Shown: in pieces, positions 41,889 to 51,067 of the stretch | How positions within the stretch are numbered: position 1 is the stretch's first letter | How the letters are laid out: each line of letters begins with the position of its first letter | From: Candidatus Zixiibacteriota bacterium | GTDB taxonomy: Bacteria > Zixibacteria > MSB-5A5 > UBA10806 > 4484-95 | Direction: 5' to 3' | Assembly (NCBI GenBank): GCA_037441845.1 | Contig: JBBIRK010000008.1 | Coordinates: forward strand, 6,952 to 70,951 | Length of the DNA stretch: 64,000 bases | The notes under the pieces: generated by a model | Database searches by the model: none | Told to the model about the DNA's origin: nothing | Seen by the model: only the letters and a program-made list of their open reading frames with translations | Translations under genes and position numbers: made by a program

Positions 41889-42251
41889 CTAATTCGGCTG
41901 CGGAGCGCCGCGGAACATGAAATAGGCGGCGGCCACCAGACAGATTCCGGCATACAGATAATCCAGCTTGAACTCCTCTTTCATGTAATAAACCGAAAAC
42001 GCCCCGAAAACGCACATGGTGATTATCTCCTGAATTACTTTCAATTGGCCGAGCGAATAATAGCGGCTTCCTATACGGTTGGCCGGCACCTGAAGACAAT
42101 ACTCGAAAAAGGCGATGCTCCAACTAAATAAAATCACCACCATAAGCGGTTTCCCTTTAAGGTCTTTCAGGTGCCCATACCAGGCGTAAGTCATGAAAAT
42201 GTTGGAGCCGAGCAGCAATAGCACTGTTGAATAATTGCTGAGAAGAGACAT
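41889..42251 (-). CDS. small DMT-superfamily membrane protein (DUF486-like)
   Basis: 120-aa ORF with four predicted TM helices. GSNIFMTYAWYGHLK is the N-terminal signature I associate with DUF486/DMT half-transporters. Confidence 0.7.
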   Translation of the reverse strand: MSLLSNYSTVLLLLGSNIFMTYAWYGHLKDLKGKPLMVVILFSWSIAFFEYCLQVPANRIGSRYYSLGQLKVIQEIITMCVFGAFSVYYMKEEFKLDYLYAGICLVAAAYFMFRGAPQPN

Positions 42252-42477
42252 GCGTTGTAAACCCCTTCCATCATCTTTGTTGCCAATTGATTACGATAAC
42301 GACACGATTATTATCGGTCGATTCAGAACGTTCATCGGCAATGGCGGGCGATTCTGTTTCCCGCCGGTTCAATAAATCTTCGACATGCCGGATTAAGACT
42401 TCATTTCCGGCAAAATCTGACGAAAATTAAGAAAAGGATGTTCATTAGGGAAGCAACAGTAATTTAAGGAATAAGGT

Positions 42478-43341
42478 ATGCTCGTATTTGTCGGCGTGGC
42501 AGTAGTATTCGGGGCTGTGATCGGCGGATTCGTCTGGGAGGGCGGACAGCTTCTAGTGTTGTTTCAACCAGCCGAATTTCTGATAATCGGCGGAGCAGCC
42601 CTGGGTTCCATCTTGATTGCGCTGCCTCCGAAAATCGTCAAGTTGATGATTGCCCAAATAATGAGGACATTCAAGTCGCCGCCGGGTAAACAATCCTATA
42701 TAAATATCCTGGTCATGCTCTATGAAATTTTCCAGGCCGCCAGAAAAGACGGATTGGTGGCTATGGAATCGCATATCGAACGGCCCCAAGAGAGCAAGAT
42801 TCTGAAAAAATATCCCGAATTTCTCGCCAACCACCACCTGCTCGACTTTTTCGTCGACACCATGCGCCTCATCTTATCAGGCGGCGTGCCGGCGCACGAT
42901 CTGGAAGCTTTGATCGATTCCGATCTCGATACTCACCACAAAGAAAACTCCAAGCCTCCGACCGCCCTATCCAAAGTCGGCGACTCATTGCCCGGGCTGG
43001 GAATCGTTGCGGCCGTGCTGGGAGTGGTGATAACCATGGGAGCTATCGGTGGTCCGCCGGAAACGATCGGACATAAGGTCGGTGCAGCGCTCGTCGGCAC
43101 TTTTCTCGGGGTTCTGCTGTCTTATGGTTTCGTCCAGCCGCTGGCCTCGAATCTCGAACATATGAACGATGAACTTGCCCAGCATTATGTAGTGGTGAAA
43201 CAGGCGCTTCTCGGTTTTCACAAAGGAATGGCTCCTTCGATCGCCGTTGAATTCGCCCGTCGCGCCATAACTTCCGATGTCCGGCCCGGTTTTATAGAGC
43301 TCGAAAACGCCTGTAAGGCAACCCGCGAAAAGGCGACTTAA
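42478..43341 (+). CDS. motA: MotA-type proton-channel stator protein
   Basis: 287-aa ORF that is co-linear with E. coli MotA. Matching segments are GGQLLVLFQPAEFLIIGGAALGS, MESHIERPQESKIL, LDFFVDTMRLILSG, GDSLPGLGIVAAVLGVV, VGTFLGVLLSYGF and PSIAVEFARR. Confidence 0.9.
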   Translation: MLVFVGVAVVFGAVIGGFVWEGGQLLVLFQPAEFLIIGGAALGSILIALPPKIVKLMIAQIMRTFKSPPGKQSYINILVMLYEIFQAARKDGLVAMESHIERPQESKILKKYPEFLANHHLLDFFVDTMRLILSGGVPAHDLEALIDSDLDTHHKENSKPPTALSKVGDSLPGLGIVAAVLGVVITMGAIGGPPETIGHKVGAALVGTFLGVLLSYGFVQPLASNLEHMNDELAQHYVVVKQALLGFHKGMAPSIAVEFARRAITSDVRPGFIELENACKATREKAT

Positions 43342-43344
43342 AAT

Positions 43345-44217
43345 ATGCCCGAAACCGAAGAACAACAACCCATAATCATAATTAAGAAAAACAGCGGTCA
43401 TGGCGGACATCACGGCGGCGCCTGGAAAGTCGCTTATGCCGATTTCGTAACCGCCATGATGGCGTTTTTTCTGGTTATGTGGCTGGTCACCCAGAGTCAG
43501 GAAATTAAAGATAATGTGGCCGGATATTTCAATGACCCTGCGGGCTGGAGCAAAAAGGCCGGTTCTTCGATCCTAAAAGGTGGCGAGTCGATTCTCGACC
43601 TCAAAAACGTCCCAAAACCGGCCCCCGCAACCCCGGACGCCGCCCGCGAGGTGCTCAAGAGAGCCAGCGATAGAATAAGGGAGGCGCTCAGCAGGATCCC
43701 CGATTTCGCCTCGATAAAAGATTTAATCGAAATCGAGCTCACACCGGAAGGCCTTCGCATCCAATTGATCGAGGCGGCAACCTCCAGCGAAGATTCATCA
43801 CATTTTTTCAATCTCGGCAGCGCCCAGCTTTCGTCCAAGGGGGTACAGATAATATCGCTTATCGCGAAAGAACTAAGCCAACTCGATAATAAAATAGTTA
43901 TCGAGGGACACACCGACAGCCGTCAATACGTCTATCAGAACAAATACTCTAATTGGGAATTATCGGCTGACCGGGCCAACAGTGCACGCCGCCTGATGGA
44001 ATCGCAGGGGATCAAGCCCGAACAGATGTTCGAAATCAGGGGATACGCCGATCGGCTGCCGCGGTTCGAAAACAACCCGAAAGACGCCCGCAACCGTCGC
44101 ATAGCCATACTCGTGCTCAACAACAACGCAAGGGGCAATGTCGATAGTATCGATTTGCTGAAGGCCGGCGGGGAAAATCCCAAAATTAACGACAATCGGG
44201 TCGAGAGAATCCATTAG
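43345..44217 (+). CDS. motB: MotB-type stator protein with OmpA-like peptidoglycan-binding domain
   Basis: 290-aa ORF. GAWKVAYADFVTAMMAFFLVMWL carries the conserved plug/TM region with Asp. The C-terminal IEGHTDS...NWELSADRANSARRLM is OmpA/MotB-like. It starts 3 nt after the motA stop. Confidence 0.88.
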   Translation: MPETEEQQPIIIIKKNSGHGGHHGGAWKVAYADFVTAMMAFFLVMWLVTQSQEIKDNVAGYFNDPAGWSKKAGSSILKGGESILDLKNVPKPAPATPDAAREVLKRASDRIREALSRIPDFASIKDLIEIELTPEGLRIQLIEAATSSEDSSHFFNLGSAQLSSKGVQIISLIAKELSQLDNKIVIEGHTDSRQYVYQNKYSNWELSADRANSARRLMESQGIKPEQMFEIRGYADRLPRFENNPKDARNRRIAILVLNNNARGNVDSIDLLKAGGENPKINDNRVERIH

Positions 44218-44385
44218 GCGCAACGAGCCGGGCTACGAAGCCGCATAATAAATCGAAAAACAATTCTCAATGTCCTCACGATCGACAAAAAGGCCAAAAC
44301 AGTTGACCTTGACCTGGCAACCAGCTAAACTCCCGATGTGACGACGATGACAAAATAGGAATGGTGATCCGGGCAGGGGGAAAAC

Positions 44386-45231
44386 GTGAAATATTCGGCA
44401 CTCGACAAGATAAACTCTTTTTTGAACATCTACTATCGAATGTTCGGAAACATATTGCGTTTCTCCGCTTGGTCTCCGTTTTTGATCCCCGCCATATTTC
44501 AGACCATAGGGTTGCTTCTGTTGATAGACTACGGCCGGCCTGTTTCGGGGACCTTTATCTATCCTCTATTGAAAACGTTGCTGCCTGCGGCAGCCCTGCA
44601 TTATCCGAATTATTACCTCGCCTTGCCGCTGGTATTTGCCGCGTATGACGATTGGCTGCTGGGGCCATCGTTCTGGTTGATAGCTATCGGCGCGGTAACG
44701 ATCTCTGTCGGGGCGATATACTATAAACGAAAAATCGGTCTTAGTGAGGCTGTCAAGACGGCCGCAGGCCGCTATGGCCTATTGCTTGGATTCTGGATAA
44801 TTCAAATGATTCTAATGACTATCTTCGTTCATCTGCCCACCCGCTGGATTATGGTAACCCTTACCGGTTATTTTCTGCGCACTTTGGCGGCCAGAATCGT
44901 ATTGCAGGGAGTCGGTTTCGTCATCTCGGCTTTTATGCTCTACACTATCGCCTCAATCCTTCTCGACGATAACGGACTGTTCAAATCTCTAAAAATCAGC
45001 GCCAAATTATGGCGGAGCAATATCCTTTTTACCTTTTTTCTGGTTGCGCTGCCCGGCTCCGTCAAATTGATCCTGGATATTCTAACCTCCTCGTTCGCGC
45101 CCAACATTATCGACCGCGGAAATCCTGAATTGATAATCTGGCTGTTGTTCATGAAAATCGTTTTGGGCGTATTCCTCGGCTTGTTTCAATACGGCGCGGC
45201 GGTCTATGCCTATAAAGAAATCGGCCGCTGA
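44386..45231 (+). CDS. hypothetical polytopic membrane protein
   Basis: 281-aa ORF with a GTG start preceded by GGGGGA and at least 6 hydrophobic helices. No family was recognised. Confidence 0.6.
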   Translation: MKYSALDKINSFLNIYYRMFGNILRFSAWSPFLIPAIFQTIGLLLLIDYGRPVSGTFIYPLLKTLLPAAALHYPNYYLALPLVFAAYDDWLLGPSFWLIAIGAVTISVGAIYYKRKIGLSEAVKTAAGRYGLLLGFWIIQMILMTIFVHLPTRWIMVTLTGYFLRTLAARIVLQGVGFVISAFMLYTIASILLDDNGLFKSLKISAKLWRSNILFTFFLVALPGSVKLILDILTSSFAPNIIDRGNPELIIWLLFMKIVLGVFLGLFQYGAAVYAYKEIGR

Positions 45232-45277
45232 CCGGCTCGGCATACTTCGGACCGGGCACCGCTGCTGGGCATAAGAC

Positions 45278-45955
45278 TCAAGATCGATCGGACTGGCCGT
45301 CCACGGGGCCATGCCGGGCGATAATCCCCTCGACCATGTAAATCACGTCCTCGGCGATATTAGTGCTGTGATCGGCGATCCGCTCGATATAACGCGATAT
45401 CGACAGAACCTGTATCAGAAATTCGAGCTTGCCTACGTCTCGGCGGATTTCGTTTTCGATTTTCTCGAAAAGCCGGCTGTGTCTACTGTCGACGATATCA
45501 TCGCAGCGACACACCTCGCGCGCCAGCCCCGAATCGAGATTGATAAGCGCATCCAGGCTCTTCCGCAACATCAGCTGGGCTTGACCGGCCATAAAAGGGA
45601 TATCGTCCGGAACCTGCATCCTGGGGCGTTCGCACAAAAACAGCGAACGCTCGGCTATATTGACGGCAAAATCCCCGATCCGCTCGAGATCGTTGTTGAT
45701 TTTCAGCACCGCGATTATGAAACGCAGATCGATCGCCACCGGCTGATGCAAGGCCAAAATTTTCAGGCCGTCTTCTTCGAGATCTATCTCCATCCTATCG
45801 ATTTCTTTATCGAGCTCGATGGCCTTCTTGGCCATCAACGGGTCGCGCTCCTCAAGCGAACGAACCGCCCGTTGCACGTTTTCCTCGACGACCGTGCCGA
45901 GGTGAAGAATTTTCTTTTTCAGATTGTCGATTTCCCGTCGCAGATGCTGCGGCAT
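45278..45955 (-). CDS. phoU: phosphate signalling complex protein PhoU
   Basis: 225-aa ORF with the duplicated PhoU repeat (NDLERIGDFAVNIAE and RYIERIADHSTNIAE). It sits at the end of the pst operon. Confidence 0.92.
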   Translation of the reverse strand: MPQHLRREIDNLKKKILHLGTVVEENVQRAVRSLEERDPLMAKKAIELDKEIDRMEIDLEEDGLKILALHQPVAIDLRFIIAVLKINNDLERIGDFAVNIAERSLFLCERPRMQVPDDIPFMAGQAQLMLRKSLDALINLDSGLAREVCRCDDIVDSRHSRLFEKIENEIRRDVGKLEFLIQVLSISRYIERIADHSTNIAEDVIYMVEGIIARHGPVDGQSDRS

Positions 45956-45971
45956 GCGTCGTCCTTTCCCG

Positions 45972-46826
45972 TCAACCGAATCGCCCGGTGATATAATCCT
46001 CGGTTTGCCTGAGCGCGGGTTTGGTGAACAGCATCCGGGTTGAATTCGCCTCGATCAAACGGCCCTCGTAGAAAAAGGCGGTATAATCGGAAATTCGGGC
46101 GGCTTGCTGCATGTTGTGGGTGACGATCACGATCGTGTAATTTTTTTTCAATTCGCCGATTAAGTCTTCTATTTTAGCCGTCGATATCGGATCGAGCGCC
46201 GATGCCGGCTCGTCCATCAACAACACCTCCGGCTGCACCGCCAGAGCCCTGGCGATACACAGCCTTTGCTGCTGCCCTCCTGAAAGGGTAAGCGCGCTCA
46301 TGTTCAATTTGCCTTTCACCTCGTCCCACAAATACGCTTTTTTAAGCGCCTTCTCGACGGCTTCCCTGATTATATTCTTGTCGGTGATTCCATTGACTTT
46401 CAACCCGAAAGCCACATTATCATAGATGGATTTAGGGAAGGGATTGGATTTCTGAAACACCATGCCGACTCTGGTGCGCAGTGTCGAGACGTCTTTTATT
46501 TCGCGATAAACATCTATATTGTCGAGCTTGATTTCGCCTTTAATCCGCGTGCCGGGGAACGTTTCATTCATCCTGTTAAGCGTTCTCAGGAAAGTCGATT
46601 TGCCGCATCCCGACGGCCCGATCAGAGCCATGACTCGATTTACGGGTATATCGAGCGATATGCCGAACAACGCCTGATTCTCACCATAATAGAAATCGAG
46701 ATTCCGGACCGTGATTTTGAATTTTTCGGGGGCCTTTTCTTTGCCGGTATCGACAAACGAGGTTTCGGTGAAAAAAGACCGGGTCGGCACATGGCTGTTT
46801 TGGCGCGTGGCTTGATTTTCAGACAT
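45972..46826 (-). CDS. pstB: phosphate ABC transporter ATP-binding protein
   Basis: 284-aa ORF. It carries Walker [10 protein letters not shown], the signature [15 protein letters not shown] and Walker [12 protein letters not shown], with PstB-typical flanks ([23 protein letters not shown]). Confidence 0.95.
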   Translation of the reverse strand: MSENQATRQNSHVPTRSFFTETSFVDTGKEKAPEKFKITVRNLDFYYGENQALFGISLDIPVNRVMALIGPSGCGKSTFLRTLNRMNETFPGTRIKGEIKLDNIDVYREIKDVSTLRTRVGMVFQKSNPFPKSIYDNVAFGLKVNGITDKNIIREAVEKALKKAYLWDEVKGKLNMSALTLSGGQQQRLCIARALAVQPEVLLMDEPASALDPISTAKIEDLIGELKKNYTIVIVTHNMQQAARISDYTAFFYEGRLIEANSTRMLFTKPALRQTEDYITGRFG

Positions 46827-47766
46827 TCGTCCGCCTGCTCCTTATTCTGGCCCGGATAAAAATGGCGGTGAAATTCAACATGAAAGTCAGCATCAATAAA
46901 ACCAGCACCGTCCCGAACAATATCGGCTTCGTTTTCTCGATATCCGGAGATTGTGTGGCCATGACATAGATATGATAACCGAGTTCCATGAATTGATGGT
47001 TCAACTTCGTGGGCAGGTATGGAAGATAATACGCGGCGCCGGTGAACATGATCGGGGCCACCTCGCCGGCCCCGCGACTGATCGCCAAAATACCTCCGGT
47101 AAGAATTCCGGGCATCGCCTGTGGCAGTATTACCCTGGTGATTGTCTGCAGCCGCGACGCACCCAGCGCATAACTTGCATCCTTCATTTCTTTGGGTATC
47201 GACCTTAACGCTTCCTCGGTGGAAACTATCACAACCGGCAAAGTGAGCAGCGAAAGGGTCAGGGCCGCCCAGATAATCGCCGGCTGGCCCCAGACCGGGC
47301 GGCCGCCGTCGGTGACCAAGCGATCGAGTCCGGTCCCGATAAACCCGACGAAAAAGCCGAGTCCGAAAAGTCCGAAAACGATCGAGGGCACGCCGGCAAG
47401 GTTGTTTATGGCGATTCTAATAAGACGGGCAACGCGCGAATCGGCGCGGGTGAATTCGCTTAAATAAACCGCGGTCAAGACCCCCACGGGCACCACGAAA
47501 ATAATCATCAAAATCACCAGAAACACCGTGCCGAATATAGCCGGAAATATGCCGCCTTCTTCCATCCCGTTCTCGGGCGGGTTGCTCAAAAACTCCCAGC
47601 TCAAAACACCGATACCGCCGATTCCGATACTGACCATCAGAATCAAAAGCATCGAAATGATTATCCCCACCGCAAGCAACATCAAAGCGCGCGGTATTTT
47701 ACCCGTCCCCCTCTTGACATATCCTAAATCAACACGATCGGTTGAGCTTATGAGCCCTTGATTCAT
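46819..47766 (-). CDS. pstA: phosphate ABC transporter permease PstA
   Basis: 315-aa polytopic ORF with the EAA-type loop ([36 protein letters not shown]). It overlaps pstB by 8 nt and pstC by 4 nt. Confidence 0.9.
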   Translation of the reverse strand: MNQGLISSTDRVDLGYVKRGTGKIPRALMLLAVGIIISMLLILMVSIGIGGIGVLSWEFLSNPPENGMEEGGIFPAIFGTVFLVILMIIFVVPVGVLTAVYLSEFTRADSRVARLIRIAINNLAGVPSIVFGLFGLGFFVGFIGTGLDRLVTDGGRPVWGQPAIIWAALTLSLLTLPVVIVSTEEALRSIPKEMKDASYALGASRLQTITRVILPQAMPGILTGGILAISRGAGEVAPIMFTGAAYYLPYLPTKLNHQFMELGYHIYVMATQSPDIEKTKPILFGTVLVLLMLTFMLNFTAIFIRARIRSRRTNV

Positions 47767-48722
47767 TTCGTGTTTCCTTGGATTTTCATCTTAAGCCGCG
47801 CCAAAATCAAATCGCCCCCCAGGTTTACCACGAAAGTGAATATGAAAAGTAGCGTGCCGATTAAAAAGAGAACATTGTAATGAGCGCTTCCGAATACCAC
47901 TTCAGCCAACTCGGCCGCTATCGTGGCGGAAAAGGTTCGTATAGATACTAACGGATCTATCGAGATTATTGCGGCGTTTCCGGAGGCCATCAGCACGATC
48001 ATGGTTTCGCCGATCGCCCGGCCGAATCCGAGCACGACGCCGGCGGCAATCCCGGGCAGTGCGGCCGGGAAAACGGTCATGGTGGAAACCTGCCATGAAT
48101 TGGCGCCCAAGGCCATGGCGGCATCGCGCAACGATTGCGGCACCGCGGTCATGGCGTCCTCGGCGATCGTGAAAATGATCGGAATCACGGCCAGACCCAG
48201 GGCGATCCCCGCGTTAACCGCATTAAGCCGAAACGTCCAACCGAAAACATTCTGCAAAAAAGTCGCCAGCAATATCAAAGCGAAAAAGCCGAGCACGACC
48301 GAGGGGATTCCCGCCAGGATTTCGATGGCGGGTTTGATCATTTCGCGGGTTCTTTTCGAGGTGAATTCCGAGCTGTATATGGCGGCGCCTATGGCAAGCG
48401 GAGCCGCGAACAACATGGCGATCACCGCGGCCTTGATCGTCCCGAGAAAAAGCGGCAAAAGCGAATACTTGGGGACTTCCGAATTCGGCTGCCAGGACCA
48501 TTTCGGTTTCTGCCCCTCATAATACTGCTGCTTGAAAAGCATTTTCGAAAAGGCCGCCTCTTTCTGAACCTCGGCGTCGGTGAATATCGGCAAGGCCTCT
48601 TTGAAAATAAAAATGAATATCAGCAAAATGCCGATCAGGGCGAGGAATGCGTTAAGCGAAATGAACCCTTCGCCGAATGCCTCCCAAAACTTTGACTTTG
48701 GTTTGAATTTAAGTTCGGGCAT
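47763..48722 (-). CDS. pstC: phosphate ABC transporter permease PstC
   Basis: 319-aa polytopic ORF. EDAMTAVPQSLRDAAMALGANSWQVSTMTVFPAALPG is the permease EAA loop. Gene order is pstS-pstC-pstA-pstB-phoU. Confidence 0.9.
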   Translation of the reverse strand: MPELKFKPKSKFWEAFGEGFISLNAFLALIGILLIFIFIFKEALPIFTDAEVQKEAAFSKMLFKQQYYEGQKPKWSWQPNSEVPKYSLLPLFLGTIKAAVIAMLFAAPLAIGAAIYSSEFTSKRTREMIKPAIEILAGIPSVVLGFFALILLATFLQNVFGWTFRLNAVNAGIALGLAVIPIIFTIAEDAMTAVPQSLRDAAMALGANSWQVSTMTVFPAALPGIAAGVVLGFGRAIGETMIVLMASGNAAIISIDPLVSIRTFSATIAAELAEVVFGSAHYNVLFLIGTLLFIFTFVVNLGGDLILARLKMKIQGNTK

Positions 48723-48876
48723 TTCGAAATAGTGATTATGGCATTAAAAAGATCAAGAGCTGCCGTTTGACGCTGTCGAAAGTCGTCATTTTATCCTATT
48801 ACACTGGAACATATCGCCAAGAGCCGAGGGGGAGAAAAGCCGGGGGAATGCCCCGCCTTTCGTTTCACGGCCAATC

Positions 48877-49722
48877 CTATTCGACCATATTTTTAAGAGC
48901 CACTGCTTTCGGCAAGGGGATATAATCGACTTTTTCAGCGATCGCCTGCCCCTCAGGCGACAGCGCCCAGTTCACCAACGCCTTCAAATCGCCGGTCGGC
49001 TTGCCGTTGAAAAACCAATACAGCTCACGGGAAATCGGATAAGTGCCGTTGGTGATCGTCTCGATCGAGGGCACGACCGCAGGCGATTGCGGATCTTTCT
49101 TGATCGCCACATGCTTGACGCCCTTTTCCCAGGCGATCCCTCCATAGCCGATTCCATACTTATCCTTGCTTACGGCGTTGACGACAGCGGCGGTTCCGGG
49201 AAGCGTCTGCGTCTGTTCGGCGTAATCTTCATCCTGAAGAACGTGCTCTTTGAAATAGGCATAGGTGCCGGAATTGTTTTCCCTGCCGTAGAGCATGATC
49301 TTCTTGTCGGGACCGCCGAGCTCTTTCCAATTGGTGATAGTTCCGTTGAAAATCCCTTTCAACTGTTGCAGCGTGAGCTCCGCGATCGGGTTCTCGTTGT
49401 GAACGAACACCGCGATCCCGTCGAGAGCGACCGCAACCCTATAAGTATTCACCTTTTTCTGGGCGGCCAGATCGTATTCCGCCTTTTTCATATCCCGCGA
49501 TGCCTGGCAGATGTCGGTGGTGCCGTTTATCAGCGCCGCGATACCCGTGCCCGAACCGCCTCCGGACACCTGAATCGATACTCCCCGGTTGTTTTTCATG
49601 TACTCCTCGGCCCAGCGCTGGCCCAGCCTCACCAGGGTATCCGACCCTTTGATGGTGATATTGCCGGCGACGGCGGTTGTGCAAAAAGCGAGAACCAATA
49701 GAGAAACGATCACTCTCTTCAA
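48877..49722 (-). CDS. pstS: phosphate ABC transporter substrate-binding protein
   Basis: 281-aa ORF with a signal peptide. NITIKGSDTLV, VSGGGSGTGIAALINGTTDI and SRDMK are PstS/PBP-like motifs. Confidence 0.9.
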   Translation of the reverse strand: MKRVIVSLLVLAFCTTAVAGNITIKGSDTLVRLGQRWAEEYMKNNRGVSIQVSGGGSGTGIAALINGTTDICQASRDMKKAEYDLAAQKKVNTYRVAVALDGIAVFVHNENPIAELTLQQLKGIFNGTITNWKELGGPDKKIMLYGRENNSGTYAYFKEHVLQDEDYAEQTQTLPGTAAVVNAVSKDKYGIGYGGIAWEKGVKHVAIKKDPQSPAVVPSIETITNGTYPISRELYWFFNGKPTGDLKALVNWALSPEGQAIAEKVDYIPLPKAVALKNMVE

Positions 49723-49744
49723 TGCTTCCTCCTGGTTTTAGGTT

Positions 49745-50869
49745 TTAGAATTTAAACTCCGTATTAAGGTATATATATTTATCGGGATCAATTGCATCGT
49801 TTTGGGAGCTGGTTTGACGGTAATTCAAAGCCGCCTTTACCCCCTTAACCGGTGTGCATTCAAGGCCTGCGTAAAGGTAGTTGTAGCCGTCTTCGTCGAC
49901 CTCGGTGTTAGGATCATAAATGTCATAACGAGCGAAAACCCCCAACGTCTTGAACAGCGCCGCCTCCGGCAAAACCTTGTTCAGGTAGATATCGATCCAG
50001 GCGGATATGGCGTTGCTCTTGATATCTTCATTGCCCGCCCCGGCTCCATAAGTCCGGAAATTGGCATCGAAACAGATATCGAACATATCGCGGTAGCCGA
50101 CCCTTCCGCCCGCTGACAAGATGTTATGCTTGTAGTCGGCCGCATCCTCATCGGAGGCGATTGCTCGGTTCTGAGTGCCCATATAATACTGCAGAATCAG
50201 CGCCAACATCGACCAATCTTTGTTGTCCGAAATCGGTGTGAATTTGGCGAATAGGTTGATGTCCTTGTTCTTGTTTTTTTCGGTGACATCGCTGTATTTG
50301 GTGCCGTTCAGAATTGACAATCCTGCCGCGCCGAGTTTGCCCTTTTCCCCGAGATTCAACATCGCCGATGCGCCCAGGTCGGCCGTGGACAGCCAGCCCA
50401 AGAAATCAACCACATTGCGCTCTACATAGCGCCGCATCCACAATTCATCGGCGAAATAGAGGTACATCGTCGGCTGCAAACCGATCCTTAAAGTCAGCAA
50501 GTCTTCGATCGGCTTTACTTTCCAACTGCCATAGGCGTATTTCAACATGAACGGATATCCCTTGGAGACCTCCTGCGAAGGGATAACCACCGAATCGCCG
50601 TCACTATCTATCACCACTGTCGACGGGGTCTTGAAAAGGTCCGGCTTGATATCGGCGGTAATCTGAACGCTGGTGTAATCCGAGAATTTCGAAATAGCGG
50701 TGATATATGTCCTGCCGATCCCGAAACGGTTGTAGCTGTCGGCTCCTTCCGATAAATCCATCATCCACTCGGCATAGACGGTTCCCTTTAACGACGTCTC
50801 GGCCGCCGAAGCCCCGGCAAAAAACACCGCAATCGCCAATAAAACAGCTGCTTTAATCCGTAAATTCAT
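49745..50869 (-). CDS. outer-membrane beta-barrel porin linked to the Pst operon (putative phosphate-selective porin)
   Basis: 374-aa ORF with a signal peptide (AVLLAIAVFFAGASAAE), alternating beta-strand composition and a terminal aromatic residue (TEFKF). It lies 22 nt upstream of pstS. Phosphate selectivity is inferred from context only. Confidence 0.65.
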   Translation of the reverse strand: MNLRIKAAVLLAIAVFFAGASAAETSLKGTVYAEWMMDLSEGADSYNRFGIGRTYITAISKFSDYTSVQITADIKPDLFKTPSTVVIDSDGDSVVIPSQEVSKGYPFMLKYAYGSWKVKPIEDLLTLRIGLQPTMYLYFADELWMRRYVERNVVDFLGWLSTADLGASAMLNLGEKGKLGAAGLSILNGTKYSDVTEKNKNKDINLFAKFTPISDNKDWSMLALILQYYMGTQNRAIASDEDAADYKHNILSAGGRVGYRDMFDICFDANFRTYGAGAGNEDIKSNAISAWIDIYLNKVLPEAALFKTLGVFARYDIYDPNTEVDEDGYNYLYAGLECTPVKGVKAALNYRQTSSQNDAIDPDKYIYLNTEFKF

Positions 50870-51067
50870 TTGTTTTCCTCTCTTAAATTTTCTTGATTTT
50901 CGTGTCGTTCGTTATCATCTCCGTCGCTTAGTATCATCGATACTCTCATCACCACCTTTCCAATAATACCTTTGAATGTTTGGATTCTGTTAGGCAAGCG
51001 TTAGAATATCTTTTCCAATTATTAGTATCATTTAATGTTTCGCGGGCGCCTGGATAACCCCCGTCTC

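Noticed and set aside
42330-42400. Sigma28 (FliA) promoter upstream of motA (TAAA...GCCGGATTAA)
   Set aside because: The spacing between the TAAA and the GCCG element is about 10 nt instead of about 15, and the -10 has an extra base, so the match is not convincing.
42478-44217. MotAB pair as a Zorya-type (ZorAB) anti-phage system
   Set aside because: As I recall, ZorA proteins are much longer than MotA and carry a long C-terminal tail, and Zorya loci include additional ZorC/D/E genes. Here MotA is 287 aa and co-linear with flagellar MotA, and no such partners are adjacent.
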